From: an uncultured Spirochaetia bacterium
GTDB lineage: Bacteria > Oederibacteriota > PGYV01 > Palsa-1178
Assembly: GCA_964565765.1 (NCBI GenBank)
Contig: CAZMGF010000001.1
Coordinates: 43,283-107,282, forward strand
Reading direction: 5' to 3'
DNA length: 64,000 nucleotides
Made by a program: the position numbers and the translations under genes. The notes below the pieces were generated by a model. It made no database searches. It saw only the letters and a program-made list of their open reading frames with translations, and was not told the DNA's origin. Shown here piece after piece: positions 31,132-40,257 of the stretch; position 1 is the first letter of the stretch, and each line of letters begins with the position of its first letter.

Positions 31132-31550
31132 TCAAAGTATTGTTTGTATGTATTCATAACAGCGCCAGGAGCCAGATGGCCGAGGCGTATCTCAACAAGT
31201 TCGCCGGCGACAGGTTTGCCGCGGAAAGCGCGGGCATTGAGCCCGGAACGCTGAATCCTCTTGTTGTCAAAAGCATGATGCAGGATGGCATTGATATTTC
31301 AGGCAATAAAACCAAATCAGTTTTTGACTTCTATAAGCAGGGCAGGATATTTGATTATGTGATAACGGTATGCGACAAAGAAGCCGCGGAACGCTGCCCG
31401 TTATTTATAGGTGTTACGCAAAGGCTGCACTGGTCGTTCCCGGATCCTTCGAAACTTGAGGGAAGTGAAGGGGAAAAACTGGAGAAAATATCAGGAATCA
31501 GGGACGCGATAAAATCGCAGATATTGGAATGGGTAAAGACCATAAAATAG
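31128..31550 (+). CDS. arsC: Arsenate reductase, LMW-PTP (thioredoxin-coupled) type
   Basis: [20 protein letters not shown] (CX5R P-loop); internal Cys pair for the disulfide cascade. Confidence 0.85.
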   Translation: MIKVLFVCIHNSARSQMAEAYLNKFAGDRFAAESAGIEPGTLNPLVVKSMMQDGIDISGNKTKSVFDFYKQGRIFDYVITVCDKEAAERCPLFIGVTQRLHWSFPDPSKLEGSEGEKLEKISGIRDAIKSQILEWVKTIK

Positions 31551-31575
31551 TTAAACTGGAATATTTTAATAAAAA

Positions 31576-31604
31576 GGGCCCCGGCTGACCAGGGCCCCTT
31601 TGTT
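31576..31604 (+). terminator. Rho-independent terminator after arsC
   Basis: aaaaagGGCCCCGGctgaCCAGGGCCCctttgttg. Confidence 0.5.
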
Positions 31605-31683
31605 GCCGCAATCAATGTATATAATTCAGGTTTTACCGGCGCCGGCCGTCAAACGGCTTGTTAAAAACACCGTTTAATTGTTA

Positions 31684-31836
31684 AATACAAGGCGCAGGTA
31701 CCGCCTGAAATATTCCAGTTCTTTCTTTTCATCCTCATCCAGGAACCTCTTAGGATCATCGCTGTCTTCTATTGTGAAAATAGTATCCTCGTCATAAAGG
31801 CTCAAAGGGTAATCATTTATAAACATATATCACCTC
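31684..31836 (-). CDS. Small acidic hypothetical protein (50 aa), below the ORF-track threshold
   Basis: MFINDYPLSLYDEDTIFTIEDSDDPKRFLDEDEKKELEYFRRYLRLVFNN; GAGGTG RBS 5 nt upstream; uncertain. Confidence 0.25.
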
Positions 31837-31990
31837 ACACAGGTTTCTTGCATCAAATATAACAGCCGCAGCGTAATTTTCGGTTAATTTTGTGTGATAT
31901 GAATGTTAATTGGGGGGGGAAATTATGGAACAATTATGCCGTTTAGACCGTCAAATTTTACGAAGGTATAAAACCCTTTTGGAGGTTTCT

Positions 31991-33100
31991 ATGAAAAAAA
32001 CTATCTTAATTGGCCCTCTTTTTTTAACGGTTATCGCGTTGATGCTGGTTCAGGGGTGCGGCAATTATAACCCCGGCCATCCATACCAGCATCAGTCTCC
32101 GGCATGGAACACACTTGGAAACGCCGGATTTTCAAACGGCGCCGCGTCGAATATTTCATTTCAGGTTTATAACGGGACCCCTTACGCGGCATATCAGGAC
32201 GGAGCGTCCGGGCCGGAAACTGTAATGGCGTTTAACGGCAACGGCTGGGTGAACGTGGGTACTGCCGGATTTTCAGGAAGTACGGCATCTTATTCATCTT
32301 TGCAGGGTTATAACGGCGAACCGTATGTGGCATATGAAGACGCTGGAAATACAAATTTTGCAACGGTAATGGTATATGGCAGCAGCGGATGGCAGCCGCT
32401 TGGCGCTGAAGGATTTTCTCCCGGCCCGGTTTCATTCACATCAATGCAGATATATCAGGGGACGCAATATGTGGCATTTTCTGACGGTCTCAATCTTAAC
32501 AAGGCAACAATGATGGGATACAGCAACAATGCGTGGGGGCTTATAGGCACGGCAGGATTCTCTGCCGGAGCGGCAAATTACCTTGCTCTGCAGGTTGACA
32601 GGGGAACGGCATATGTTGCTTTCTCCGATGGCAATGCGTCAAATAAGGCGACGGTAATGAAATATGACGGTTCAGCATGGGAAGTTGTAGGAAACGCGGG
32701 TTTCTCAGCTGGAGCCGCGAACTATATTTCACTTCAGATATCACACGGAACGCCTTACGTTGCATATCAGGATGTCCAGAATGGAAACAAAGCGACTGTC
32801 ATGAAATTTAACGGAATAAGCTGGGTTGACGCCGGCCCGGCGGATTTTTCCACGGGAGAGGCTGACTGGGTTTCACTGCAGGTTTATGAGGGCACTCCAT
32901 TTGTGGCTTACGTGGACGGCAATCCAGGAGCGGCAACTGTAATGGTACTAAATGGAAACACATGGCAGGCCGTGGGCAACGCTGATTTTTCCGCCGGCCA
33001 CGCGCTTTATACATGCCTGCAGGTTTACAATGGCACCCCTTTCGTGGCATACTCGGATGCGTCCCAGGCAGGCAGGCTAACAGTAAAAGTATTTGAATAA
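31991..33100 (+). CDS. Lipoprotein composed of 8 tandem repeats of about 45 aa (GNAGFSxGxAxxxSLQVYxGTPYVAYxD...ATVMxFNGxxW)
   Basis: Lipobox LMLVQGCGN after signal peptide MKKTILIGPLFLTVIA; eight recognisable repeat units through the mature protein; GGAGGT RBS. Confidence 0.7.
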   Translation: MKKTILIGPLFLTVIALMLVQGCGNYNPGHPYQHQSPAWNTLGNAGFSNGAASNISFQVYNGTPYAAYQDGASGPETVMAFNGNGWVNVGTAGFSGSTASYSSLQGYNGEPYVAYEDAGNTNFATVMVYGSSGWQPLGAEGFSPGPVSFTSMQIYQGTQYVAFSDGLNLNKATMMGYSNNAWGLIGTAGFSAGAANYLALQVDRGTAYVAFSDGNASNKATVMKYDGSAWEVVGNAGFSAGAANYISLQISHGTPYVAYQDVQNGNKATVMKFNGISWVDAGPADFSTGEADWVSLQVYEGTPFVAYVDGNPGAATVMVLNGNTWQAVGNADFSAGHALYTCLQVYNGTPFVAYSDASQAGRLTVKVFE

Positions 33101-33114
33101 AATTTTTGGTTCAT

Positions 33115-33143
33115 TTGCATTTTTGCGCCATGGCTGATATAAT
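33115..33143 (+). promoter_or_regulatory. Sigma70 promoter TTGCAT-17-TATAAT upstream of the DUF2461 gene
   Basis: ttgcatttttgcgccatggctgaTATAAT. Confidence 0.4.
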
Positions 33144-33174
33144 GTGCTGAAAATAAAAAGTACAGGAGCCGCAT

Positions 33175-33855
33175 ATGGCCGAAAATGAATTTAAGGGATA
33201 CCCGAAAAAGGCCGTGGAATTTTTCAGGGGAATAAAGGAAAACAACAATAAGGCATGGTTTGAGTCCCATAAAGAGGATTATATAAAGTACTGCGTGAAA
33301 CCCACCTGGGACCTTATAAACGCGCTTACCGATACCGCCCGCAAAATTGACCCTCTTTTCCAGACCGACCCTTCAAAAATGATATCAAGGATATACAGGG
33401 ATGTCAGGTTTTCACGGGATAAATCACCCTATAAAACACGGCTCTGGTTCTCATTTAAACGTCCGGGAGCACAGTGGCAGGACGCGCCGGGATATTATTT
33501 TGAAATAGCGCATGATTCCTACGGTTTCGGCATGGGTATGTACGACCCGTCAAAAGAGGTCATTCAAAATTTTCGCAAGGCAATCACAGACCGGCCCGCG
33601 GAATTCTTCAGGGCAATATCTTTTTTTAACTCAAAAAACAATATTTTCATGCTCGGCGGTGAAAGCTACAAACGCCCTCCAAAAGAAAAAGTTGATAAAA
33701 AACTGCTCAAATGGTACATGATGAAAAATCTATATTTTTATTATGAAAAGCCCGTTGACAATCTGCTTTTCAGCCCGCGCCTGGCTGATGAGACCGCGAG
33801 GGGATATAAAATACTGGCGCCGTTTTACAGCTATTTATGGAAAATTAAAGATTAA
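33175..33855 (+). CDS. DUF2461 (TIGR02453) family protein
   Basis: KGYPKKAVEFFRGIKENNNKAWFESHKEDY matches the characteristic N-terminal FL..L..NN.EWFE..K..Y pattern. Confidence 0.6.
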   Translation: MAENEFKGYPKKAVEFFRGIKENNNKAWFESHKEDYIKYCVKPTWDLINALTDTARKIDPLFQTDPSKMISRIYRDVRFSRDKSPYKTRLWFSFKRPGAQWQDAPGYYFEIAHDSYGFGMGMYDPSKEVIQNFRKAITDRPAEFFRAISFFNSKNNIFMLGGESYKRPPKEKVDKKLLKWYMMKNLYFYYEKPVDNLLFSPRLADETARGYKILAPFYSYLWKIKD

Positions 33856-33933
33856 AAAATAGTGGCGGCGGCCTTGCCTGTAATGGTAAAATATGTATGT
33901 TCTTCGATTTGTGAATATATAACAGGAGGAAAA

Positions 33934-35370
33934 GTGAGAAGGTTTTTGTTCCTTGTAATTCCATTGATTTTTTTTCCGGTTATAATACATCCATCCACCA
34001 GCGCACCGGTTGACCCGGCTGTGAAAAAGTACATTGATGCCGGAATAGAAAAGTATAATTCAGGGGATCTCGCCGGCGCCATAGAAAATTGCGGCAGGGC
34101 AATAGCCGCCGACCCGAAATGCGCCGCCGCATACAACAACCGCGGACTTTATGAAGACGCCGCGGGCGATACAGCCGCGGCGATAATGGATCTTGATAAA
34201 GCTGTTGAACTCTCTCCCGGGCTTGCCGAGGCATATTTTAACCGCGGCAACGCAAGGTCAAAATCCGGCGATAAAGCAGGCTCAATAAGTGATTTTGACA
34301 CGGCCATAAGCCTTAATCCCGGATATGTGAAGGCATACAATAACCGCGGCAACGTAAAAAATTTCCTTGGAAACCACGAAGGCGCCATAGTGGATTACAA
34401 TAAGGCCATAATGCTTGACCCGAAATACGCGGAAGCCTACAACAACCGCGGTAGCGTTGAGGACGAAATCGGGGAGCACGCCCGGGCCGTGCAGGACTGC
34501 GGCAGGGCAATAGACCTCAAGCCTGATTTTGCCGTGGCATACAACAACCGCGGAAAGGCCAAAAACAGGGCCGGTGACAGGGCGGGGGCAATGGAAGATT
34601 TTAACAGGGCTATCGAGCTTGCGCCGAAACTGACCGTGGCTTATGTAAACAGGGGCATAACCAGGTACCAGGCAGGTGACAAAAAAGGGGCGATTGAGGA
34701 CCTTAATATGGCGGGCAGCCTGGGCAACAGCGCGGCATATGAAGCCGCAAAAAAAATAGAGGCGAATACCGCCCCCGGCCAGGCTGAAAACAAAACCACG
34801 GATGATAACATAAAAAAGGCCGAGGATTACAACAAGCTCGGGGAAGCGGCCGACTACGCAGGGAACAGCAGGGATGCCATTGAATATTTCAGCATGGCAA
34901 TTGAATTAAACCCCGGATACGCGCTGGCATACAACAACCGCGGCTGCGTAAAAGACGATACGGGCGACCATGAAGGCGCGATAAAGGACTGCGGAAAGGC
35001 AATTGAGCTTGACCCGAAAAACGCGGTTGCGTATTATGACCGCGGCCTTGCCAGGACCAATGCCGGCGACTACAAAGGTGCGGCAGGCGATTACAGCGCC
35101 GCAATCGGTCTTAACCCGAAATATGAGCAGGCATACAACAACCTTGGAGCGGTAAAATATATTCTTGAAGACTATAAAGGGGCCATAGCCGATTTTGACA
35201 CACTCATAGGGCTCAACGCGGGATATGCTCCGGCATATTACAACCGCGGCCGCGCAAAATATAAACTTGGAATGTATGACGGGGCCATTGAGGACCTTAA
35301 TAAAGCCGGAGAGCTGGGGTATAAGCAGGCATATAAGGAAATAAAAAAAATAGAGAATAAAAGCATATGA
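33934..35370 (+). CDS. Secreted tetratricopeptide-repeat (TPR) protein
   Basis: About 11 consecutive 34-aa TPR units (AxAYNNRGxxK..GDxxGAIxDxxKAIxLxP); N-terminal hydrophobic signal; GTG start after AGGAGG. Confidence 0.7.
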   Translation: MRRFLFLVIPLIFFPVIIHPSTSAPVDPAVKKYIDAGIEKYNSGDLAGAIENCGRAIAADPKCAAAYNNRGLYEDAAGDTAAAIMDLDKAVELSPGLAEAYFNRGNARSKSGDKAGSISDFDTAISLNPGYVKAYNNRGNVKNFLGNHEGAIVDYNKAIMLDPKYAEAYNNRGSVEDEIGEHARAVQDCGRAIDLKPDFAVAYNNRGKAKNRAGDRAGAMEDFNRAIELAPKLTVAYVNRGITRYQAGDKKGAIEDLNMAGSLGNSAAYEAAKKIEANTAPGQAENKTTDDNIKKAEDYNKLGEAADYAGNSRDAIEYFSMAIELNPGYALAYNNRGCVKDDTGDHEGAIKDCGKAIELDPKNAVAYYDRGLARTNAGDYKGAAGDYSAAIGLNPKYEQAYNNLGAVKYILEDYKGAIADFDTLIGLNAGYAPAYYNRGRAKYKLGMYDGAIEDLNKAGELGYKQAYKEIKKIENKSI

Positions 35371-35385
35371 TCGGCGGGATTGCTT

Positions 35386-35745
35386 ATGTCAACTGACAGG
35401 GGATTCGCCGATTTTGTAATTGACCAGCTTCATGACGCGGGTATAATAACGGCAAAGAAGATGTTCGGTGAATACGGGATATATATGGATTCTTTAATAA
35501 TAGGGTTTGCGTGCGATAACCGGCTCTTTATAAAACCAACGGACGCTGGCAGGGAATATATCGAGGGCTCAGGCTGGCTGACACAGGCGCCGCCATACCC
35601 CGGCGCAAAGCTTTATTATCTTATTGAAGACAGGCTTGACGACAGGGACTGGATATGCGGCCTGGCAAGGGCCACTTACGTCGGACTTATTAAAAATAAA
35701 AAAAGCATTAGCAGTTTAAAACTTAGAAAAAAACACAGGGGTTAA
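35386..35745 (+). CDS. TfoX N-terminal-domain protein
   Basis: FADFVIDQLHDAGIITAKKMFGEYGIYMDSLIIGFACDNRLFIKPTD...KLYYLIEDRLDDRDWICGLARATY matches the TfoX_N fold pattern (MFGG-YG-Y-DG-FA...D-L-K). Confidence 0.55.
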   Translation: MSTDRGFADFVIDQLHDAGIITAKKMFGEYGIYMDSLIIGFACDNRLFIKPTDAGREYIEGSGWLTQAPPYPGAKLYYLIEDRLDDRDWICGLARATYVGLIKNKKSISSLKLRKKHRG

Positions 35746-35750
35746 ACGCG

Positions 35751-35900
35751 ATGGCTGACCAGGAACAGAATTACTGCTCGGTGTGCGGCAAGGAAGTAAG
35801 CGCGGACGAGGACTTGTGCAAGGCCTGCCGGATTAATTTCGGCGACGAGATGGAGGAAAAAGAAAGACAGAAAGGCAAGAGGAAAAAAGAAAAAAATTAG
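35751..35900 (+). CDS. Small zinc-ribbon protein (49 aa), below the ORF-track threshold
   Basis: MADQEQNYCSVCGKEVSADEDLCKACRINFGDEMEEKERQKGKRKKEKN: CxxC...CxxC plus lysine-rich tail; followed by hairpin agcgcttgtgcgct-gctttt. Confidence 0.35.
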   Translation: MADQEQNYCSVCGKEVSADEDLCKACRINFGDEMEEKERQKGKRKKEKN

Positions 35901-35940
35901 CGCTTGTGCGCTGCTTTTAAGGGAAAGAGAGTGAGCAGGC

Positions 35941-37233
35941 TTGAACAAACAATTATCAGCCGTGCGCCTGTTATCGCCGTTTATATTAATGTGCGCACAG
36001 GCTCTTTATGCCGGAAGCGCCGCCGAGCCCGTTCCAACGTGCGCTGCGATTACAAAAACCATTGATGTGAGCGCGCCGGTTATTTTGAACAAAACAAAGG
36101 GAGAGGAAATAATTTCCTTTATTGAAACCCGTGACAGCGGTTTTATTTTCATCGGGCGGTCGGGAGTGATGAAAAACGGGCAGAAAAACATTTACGTTTT
36201 AAGAGCCGGCCCTGACGGCCGGCCGGAGTGGGAAAAATATTTCGGCCAGAACGAAATGATATCCGAAGCCGCCTGTATAATTGAAACCGACGGCGGTTAC
36301 ATTATTTCAGGCGGAATCAACAGGCACCCTTTTATAATCAAAATCGACAAGTCAGGCGGCTTTCTCTGGGATAAAGTTTATTTTGATGATGCTTACGGCG
36401 GCTTTATCAGGTCAATTGCTGAAAATAGCGCCGGTGAAATATTTGCGGCGGGATATATTCAGGAAAATGAAAACGCGCCGAAATCCATACTCTTAATGAA
36501 GGTCAAGGAAAGCGGCGGGGAACTTATTCGCTCGCAGGTTTACGCGGGAAAAGGCGGCCGCGCCGCCGGGGCCTATAAAATAGCCGGCAGCTCTGATGGC
36601 TGCGAAGTTTCAGGATATTCATGGTCAAACGCTGTTTTGTTCAGTGTCGACGGAGCCCTGGATGTAAAAAACGCGCTCAGCCTGAACACGGATAATAAAT
36701 TTGAGGAAATTTCCATTGAAAAACAGGTGAAAGGTTCTGATATAAAAGCTGAAAATTCCGGCGATACGGGGGATAAAAAAGTTCAGGGCGCCGCGATATT
36801 TTCGGATTTTTATGACGGGGGCAACGGCATAAACGCCATGTTCTATAATTTTTTTAATGCCGGCTGCAGGCATTGCGTTATATGCCGCGCCGGTTCGGAT
36901 CCTTATACAGCAGGCGGCGGGCTCTGCAGTACGCTGGACGCAGTTTCGCTGGCGCAAAAAGATGACAGCCGGTTTTATATAATTACGGAAAACAGTATAG
37001 CGGCCTTTGACAATAATTCCGGATTTTATGATTACAGGTCGGGAGCGTCCATTTCCGCCGGAAAATATAAGGCGGAGTTTTCCAGGGGCGTTGTAACAAA
37101 TGACGGCAATCTTGCGGTGCTGGGAAATATTACCTACCCGGAGACAGTCTCCGATTCGGGAATGACCTTTAAAACCTCAAAAACACTGGCCTTCTTCACA
37201 AAATTAACCCCGGATATGAAGAAAATCTGGTAA
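35941..37233 (+). CDS. Secreted hypothetical protein with beta-propeller-like repeats
   Basis: Signal peptide then recurring GGYIISGG / DGRPEW / GEIFAAGY blades; no recognisable catalytic motif. Confidence 0.5.
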   Translation: MNKQLSAVRLLSPFILMCAQALYAGSAAEPVPTCAAITKTIDVSAPVILNKTKGEEIISFIETRDSGFIFIGRSGVMKNGQKNIYVLRAGPDGRPEWEKYFGQNEMISEAACIIETDGGYIISGGINRHPFIIKIDKSGGFLWDKVYFDDAYGGFIRSIAENSAGEIFAAGYIQENENAPKSILLMKVKESGGELIRSQVYAGKGGRAAGAYKIAGSSDGCEVSGYSWSNAVLFSVDGALDVKNALSLNTDNKFEEISIEKQVKGSDIKAENSGDTGDKKVQGAAIFSDFYDGGNGINAMFYNFFNAGCRHCVICRAGSDPYTAGGGLCSTLDAVSLAQKDDSRFYIITENSIAAFDNNSGFYDYRSGASISAGKYKAEFSRGVVTNDGNLAVLGNITYPETVSDSGMTFKTSKTLAFFTKLTPDMKKIW

Positions 37234-37342
37234 AACCGAAAAATGGAAAAACAGCAAAAATAATTGCATTGACAATTGCCAGCTTCTTAATATAATGTGG
37301 TTTAATAAGGGTTCAAAAACAAAAATATTTAAGGGGGATGCT

Positions 37343-38131
37343 ATGTCTGTTCATAAGTACAAATTCGGATGCGTTAAAGACCTGCGCGACGGGCGTGATT
37401 ATCTAATGAGGCCCTATCTTCCCGCTGTAACCCTGCCGGATAAACTTGATTACACTTCAAAAATGACGCCGGTGCGCGACCAGGGTGATGAGGGGACATG
37501 CGTGGCTTTTTCAACCGTGGCCGGCATGAAAGAATACCAGGAACAGCTTGACTGGAAAAAGTACATGAAACTCTCTCCGCGGTTTGTGTACAGCGAATGC
37601 AAAAAGCAGGACGGCCATCCCGAAGAAGAAGGGACGCAGATACGCGTGGCGATGAAAGTGTTGGCGCAAAACGGGGTATGCGAAGAGCGGTTCTGGCCCT
37701 ACGCGCCGCACCAGACAGATAAGCCCGGGGCGGGAGCGGCCGCGGATGCCAAAAAATTCAGGGAGCTCTCATACGCGAGGGTGCTTAACCTTTATGAAAT
37801 AAAACTGACGCTCGCCTCAAAAGGGCCGTGCGTGATTGGTATAGAATGTTTTTCCGGAATAATGAAGACAAAAACAGGAAAAGTGCCCATGCCGCCGCCG
37901 TCCGAGCAGACGCTCGGCGGCCACGCTATATGCGTTGCAGGGTATGACGAGAAGGCAAAACTTGTAAAGTTCAAGAATTCCTGGTCAGAGGCGTGGGGAG
38001 ACAAAGGTTACGGTTATTTGCCGTACGCCTACATAGACAAATATATGACAGACGCCTGGTCAGCGGTTGATATAAAAGACGCGCCGCCGCTGACAATAAA
38101 CGACGTGTTAAAGTACGGAACAAAAAAATAA
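37343..38131 (+). CDS. Papain-like (C1 family) cysteine peptidase, apparently without signal peptide or pro-region
   Basis: QGDEGTCVAFS (Cys nucleophile), GGHAICVAGYD (His), NSWSEAWGDKGYGY (Asn/Trp oxyanion region) in papain order. Confidence 0.6.
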   Translation: MSVHKYKFGCVKDLRDGRDYLMRPYLPAVTLPDKLDYTSKMTPVRDQGDEGTCVAFSTVAGMKEYQEQLDWKKYMKLSPRFVYSECKKQDGHPEEEGTQIRVAMKVLAQNGVCEERFWPYAPHQTDKPGAGAAADAKKFRELSYARVLNLYEIKLTLASKGPCVIGIECFSGIMKTKTGKVPMPPPSEQTLGGHAICVAGYDEKAKLVKFKNSWSEAWGDKGYGYLPYAYIDKYMTDAWSAVDIKDAPPLTINDVLKYGTKK

Positions 38132-38177
38132 TTAATAGTTTCTTGTAGGGGCCGCCCCGCGTTTTTATTATTATAAG

Positions 38178-38206
38178 TTGACAATTCGGCCGTAATCCAT
38201 AATAAT
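38178..38206 (+). promoter_or_regulatory. Sigma70-type promoter TTGACA-17-AATAAT upstream of the ABC-F leader
   Basis: ttgacaattcggccgtaatccatAATAAT. Confidence 0.35.
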
Positions 38207-38254
38207 TACACCATAAAGAAATAAAGTACGATTACCCTATAAAAGGCAGAATTT

Positions 38255-38319
38255 ATGACGATCACAGCGAGAATTACTATTCCGCTTAAAGAGCGGAATT
38301 ATTTTTTTAAGGGGGCGAC
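38255..38319 (+). promoter_or_regulatory. Candidate translational/transcriptional attenuator: 26-codon uORF (MTITARITIPLKERNYFFKGATCSR) spanning a terminator-like hairpin CCGCTtaaagAGCGG plus T7 run immediately before the ABC-F RBS
   Basis: uORF ATG 38255; hairpin 38282-38296; T-run 38302-38308; uORF overlaps the ABC-F start codon. Confidence 0.4.
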
Positions 38320-40125
38320 ATGCTCCAGATAAACGACCTTACCCTTTCTTTCAGCGGGCAGGAGCTGCTTTCAGACGTCAGTTTCAATATCCACAGCAAC
38401 GAGCGTATCGGGCTTGTCGGCCGCAACGGCTCGGGAAAAACTTCGCTTTTCAAGCTGATTACTGGAGAACTTCATCCTGACAGCGGCCGTATAATGATAC
38501 CCAAGAATTATACAATTGGATATTTGAAACAGCACCTGACTTTCACCGAGGCTACCGTGCTTCAGGAGGCGTGCCTGGGGCTTAGGGATGAGGAACGCGC
38601 GCAGGTATGGAAAGCGGAAAAGATGCTCTCGGGGCTAGGTTTTACGGAAACTGAAATGGAAAGATCACCGGCCTCTTTTTCCGGCGGGTTTCAGGTCAGG
38701 CTGAACCTGGCAAAGGTGTTGCTGGCCGAACCGCACCTGCTGCTACTGGACGAACCCACAAATTACCTTGATATCATATCCATACGCTGGCTCGCAAAAT
38801 TTCTCCAGAGGAGGGAAAACGAGCTGATGCTGATAACACACGACCGCGAATTCATGAATTCCGTCACCACGCATACCATGGCCATACACAGGCAGAAAAT
38901 AAAAAAGATCGAGGGCGACACCTCGAAACTTTTCAACCAGATAGCCTCCGAAGAGGAGGTCTATGAGCTCACCAGGCAGCGCGAGGAAAAAATAAGGAAG
39001 GAAGCCGAGGATTTTATAAACCGCTTCCGTGCCCAGGCCACGCGCGCCAGCATGGTGCAGTCGCGCATAAAGGCCCTGGACAAGATGGACAAAAAAAGCG
39101 AATTAAACAGGATAGCCGAGCTCGGCTTTAAGTTCAATTTTAAGGAGTTTGAGGCAAAAATGCCGCTGCGCGTGCAGAATCTTTCATTCGGATACACGAA
39201 AGAGAGGACGCTCATAAAAGACTTTTCGATAGACGTGGGGATAAATGACAGGATATGCGTCATAGGAAAGAACGGCAAGGGAAAATCAACCCTGCTGAAA
39301 CTTTTTGTGGAGGAACTAACCCCGGAAACAGGAACAGTAAAAATGCATCCGGAGGCGTCCACAGGTTATTTCGGCCAGACAAACATTGAAAGGCTCGACA
39401 CTTCCAATACGGTCGAAAGGGAATTCATGAAGGTAAGGCCGGACATGAAATACACCGATATACGCAGGACCTGCGGCGCAATGATGTTCCCCGGGGACGC
39501 GGCGTTAAAGGAGATATCCGTGCTTTCCGGCGGTGAAAAATCAAGGGTTTCCCTGGGCAAGATACTTTTAAACCCCGCCAATATACTTTTGCTTGACGAG
39601 CCGACAAACCACCTTGACATAGAATCGTGCGATTCCATGATAGTGGCCCTTGATGAGTTTCCTGGAGCGGTTATCATAGTTACGCACAGCGAAATGTTCC
39701 TCCACCACCTTGCCAACAGGCTGATAGTTTTTAACGAGGACAAGGTGACGGTTTTTGAGGGCACATACCAGGACTTTCTGGACAGGGTTGGCTGGGAAGA
39801 AGAAACAAAAAAACCGAAAAAAGAAAAGCCCGTGGAAAACCGCGTTGAAAGCGAAAAACAGGACCCTGTTAAAAATATAAAGAAAATGAAAAAATCGATC
39901 GCGCAGAAAATAGCGCAGACGGAAAAGTCCATTGATGAGGCCGAGAAAGCCTTTGAGGAAGTAAATCATAAACTTGTCGAGGCATATTCGAAACCGCGGG
40001 ATCCGGCAATCCAGGAACTTGAAATTGAGAGCCGCAGGCAGCAGCTCAGGATCGACAAGGGGTATGAGGACCTGGAAAGATTTATAAAGGAAATGGACGC
40101 GCTTGAGGGCGTAAAAGAGCAGTAA
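38320..40125 (+). CDS. ABC-F family ATPase (two ABC domains, interdomain linker, C-terminal coiled-coil; Uup/EttA/ARE-like)
   Basis: Walker A GRNGSGKTS and GKNGKGKST; signatures FSGGFQVRLNLA and LSGGEKSRVSLG; no TM domain; Lys/Glu-rich C-terminal extension. Confidence 0.85.
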   Translation: MLQINDLTLSFSGQELLSDVSFNIHSNERIGLVGRNGSGKTSLFKLITGELHPDSGRIMIPKNYTIGYLKQHLTFTEATVLQEACLGLRDEERAQVWKAEKMLSGLGFTETEMERSPASFSGGFQVRLNLAKVLLAEPHLLLLDEPTNYLDIISIRWLAKFLQRRENELMLITHDREFMNSVTTHTMAIHRQKIKKIEGDTSKLFNQIASEEEVYELTRQREEKIRKEAEDFINRFRAQATRASMVQSRIKALDKMDKKSELNRIAELGFKFNFKEFEAKMPLRVQNLSFGYTKERTLIKDFSIDVGINDRICVIGKNGKGKSTLLKLFVEELTPETGTVKMHPEASTGYFGQTNIERLDTSNTVEREFMKVRPDMKYTDIRRTCGAMMFPGDAALKEISVLSGGEKSRVSLGKILLNPANILLLDEPTNHLDIESCDSMIVALDEFPGAVIIVTHSEMFLHHLANRLIVFNEDKVTVFEGTYQDFLDRVGWEEETKKPKKEKPVENRVESEKQDPVKNIKKMKKSIAQKIAQTEKSIDEAEKAFEEVNHKLVEAYSKPRDPAIQELEIESRRQQLRIDKGYEDLERFIKEMDALEGVKEQ

Positions 40126-40137
40126 AAGACGGACGGC

Positions 40138-40166
40138 TTGACTTTGATAAAAAATGAATGTATACT
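40138..40166 (+). promoter_or_regulatory. Consensus sigma70 promoter TTGACT-17-TATACT upstream of mtgA
   Basis: ttgactttgataaaaaatgaatgTATACT. Confidence 0.5.
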
Positions 40167-40257
40167 TGGACTATCGCAATACCCTGTATTAAAAGGGATC
40201 CAAACGCGCGCCGGGGTTTAAAAACCCGGCAACTTACTTAAGACGAGGCTTATAAAA

